A DNA stretch of 41,528 bases from an uncultured Mycobacterium sp. (GTDB lineage Bacteria > Actinomycetota > Actinomycetes > Mycobacteriales > Mycobacteriaceae): the NCBI RefSeq assembly GCF_964249325.1, contig NZ_CAXUCH010000012.1, forward strand, positions 1 through 41,528, written 5' to 3'. The notes beneath the pieces are model-generated. The model saw nothing but the letters and a program-made list of their open reading frames with translations. It did no database searches and was not told where the DNA came from. The position numbers and the translations under genes are program-made. This document shows positions 40,503-41,528 of the stretch, piece after piece (positions within the stretch are counted from its first letter, which is position 1; every line of letters begins with the position of its first letter).

Positions 40503-40909
40503 CAAATCCGCTCCTGCTGCCGCCGATTCCGGTTCCAGATCCCAACACTGCTCCGTATTGGGAAGGTCTCAAGGACGGCAAGTTGATGCTATGCCGGTGC
40601 GACGATACCGGGAAATGGATCCACCCGCCGCTGGAGCGCAGCAGGTTCACCGGCGGCCCTGTACATTTCGAGGAGGTCAGCGGGGCAGGAATCGTCTACA
40701 GCTACATCGTTGTGCGCCAAGCTCTCGTGCCGGGCCGTGTGCCGCCCTATGTCGTCGGGCTGATCGAACTCGACGAGCAACCTGGGCTGCGGATCAACGC
40801 AGTCATCGATGCCGATCCGGCCGACGTCCGCATAGGCCAGCGCATCCGACTTCGGATCGTTCAACTTGGAGAGAGCGGTTACCGCATCCCCGAATTCGTC
40901 ATCGCTTGA
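40499..40909 (+). CDS. DUF35/ChsH2-type OB-fold protein (cassette B)
   Basis: Close paralog of 26088..26501. Confidence 0.92.
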   Translation: MTNPLLLPPIPVPDPNTAPYWEGLKDGKLMLCRCDDTGKWIHPPLERSRFTGGPVHFEEVSGAGIVYSYIVVRQALVPGRVPPYVVGLIELDEQPGLRINAVIDADPADVRIGQRIRLRIVQLGESGYRIPEFVIA

Positions 40910-41056
40910 TCACGCTTCGCGCAAGAGCTCCTGGGTGCCCAGGTCCGAATAGGCTTCGGCGAATCGACCCATGATGGTCCCGACGATCTCCTCCGAATAC
41001 ATCTGCTCGGGGGCAAGCGCCCACAAGCAAAAGCCCCAGGCGGGGCTCTCGCGGTA
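40910..41056 (-). pseudogene. 3' remnant of a second APH/EcKL phosphotransferase
   Basis: YRESPAWGFCLWALAPEQMYSEEIVGTIMGRFAEAYSDLGTQELL versus YRGCPAWGFCMWAITPDQMYSVEIVTAVLGRFAEACSDLDTGELL in 37528..38649. Confidence 0.85.
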
Positions 41057-41270
41057 GGGCTCGACAACGCTTACGAGAAAGATGCAGGACGAGTCGCCGA
41101 ATTATCGGCGTACGCTCGGACTGCGAAATAGGTTGGTGCCCAACATGATAACGAATACGGCGGAGTTTGCCGTTAAAGCCGCATATTCGATTTCCGCGTA
41201 TTCCCGCCCGCTGCGGTCGGGCACCTGTTCGACGGCGCGGACGCGTTGGAGGACCGGATTATCAGAGACT

Positions 41271-41303
41271 AGTATATACTTGATCGACGTATCGTATATA
41301 CGA
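41271..41303. promoter_or_regulatory. Twin GTATATAC palindromes, likely TA autoregulatory operator
   Basis: AGTATATACT (41271-41280) and TCGTATATACGA (41292-41303), just before the GGAGG RBS of the antitoxin. Confidence 0.75.
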
Positions 41304-41317
41304 GTGGAGGTTGACTA

Positions 41318-41497
41318 ATGACGAAGCGCTTGATTGACCTCGATGACGAACTCTTGGCCGCCGCTCAGAAGGAACTAAAGACATCCGGCGTATCGGATAC
41401 TGTTCGCACGGCATTGCAGCAGGCCGCGGCATCCTCCGCTCGCGCGCGTCAGATCGAATGGTTGAAGGCCGGCGGCCTAGGCCCGTTTTCCGCATAG
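41318..41497 (+). CDS. vapB: VapB-family (ribbon-helix-helix) antitoxin, 3' end probably replaced by an insertion
   Basis: Not in the ORF track: MTKRLIDLDDELLAAAQKELKTSGVSDTVRTALQQAAASSARARQIEWLKAGGLGPFSA*; GGAGG RBS. Confidence 0.8.
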   Translation: MTKRLIDLDDELLAAAQKELKTSGVSDTVRTALQQAAASSARARQIEWLKAGGLGPFSA

Positions 41498-41528
41498 TTG
41501 GCGGTTAAGGTTTGTGGTTTTGGATGTT
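41477..41528 (-). mobile_element. Probable insertion-sequence end (family uncertain, possibly IS1634-like)
   Basis: Abrupt shift to T-rich sequence after CTAG. The minus strand reads ...QLCGKRA* ending at that TAG. No vapC start follows. Confidence 0.45.

Overview
High-GC actinobacterial DNA, almost certainly Mycobacterium: it carries F420-dependent LLM enzymes, a mycofactocin-type SDR, CYP143-like P450s, an Rv1786-like ferredoxin and an Rv0029-like ORF. The window is an accessory lipid/aromatic/terpenoid-type catabolic island in active decay, with about 15 remnants or frameshifted genes. Both edges look like insertion junctions that truncate a gene. Layout: (1) 1-15.2 kb, acyl-CoA dehydrogenases, thiolases, DUF35, MaoC, SnoaL, hotdog, SDR and LLM genes. 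(2) 15.6-20.9 kb, P450-ferredoxin-membrane protein, divergent from an orphan membrane protein-CoxIII-like-CoxIV-like-TetR operon with no oxidase catalytic subunits. (3) Two diverged copies of one TetR-controlled cassette (A 21.0-26.5 kb, B 34.1-40.9 kb) that have lost complementary genes and share the operator TGACAG-N4-CTGTCA. (4) Between them, type VII secretion-like remnants and an IS110-family recombinase with a repeated LDRRADEWA C-terminal extension and a structured upstream region. (5) A vapB antitoxin interrupted at a CTAG at the right edge. Family assignments come from motifs and my recollection of the families; no database search was run.
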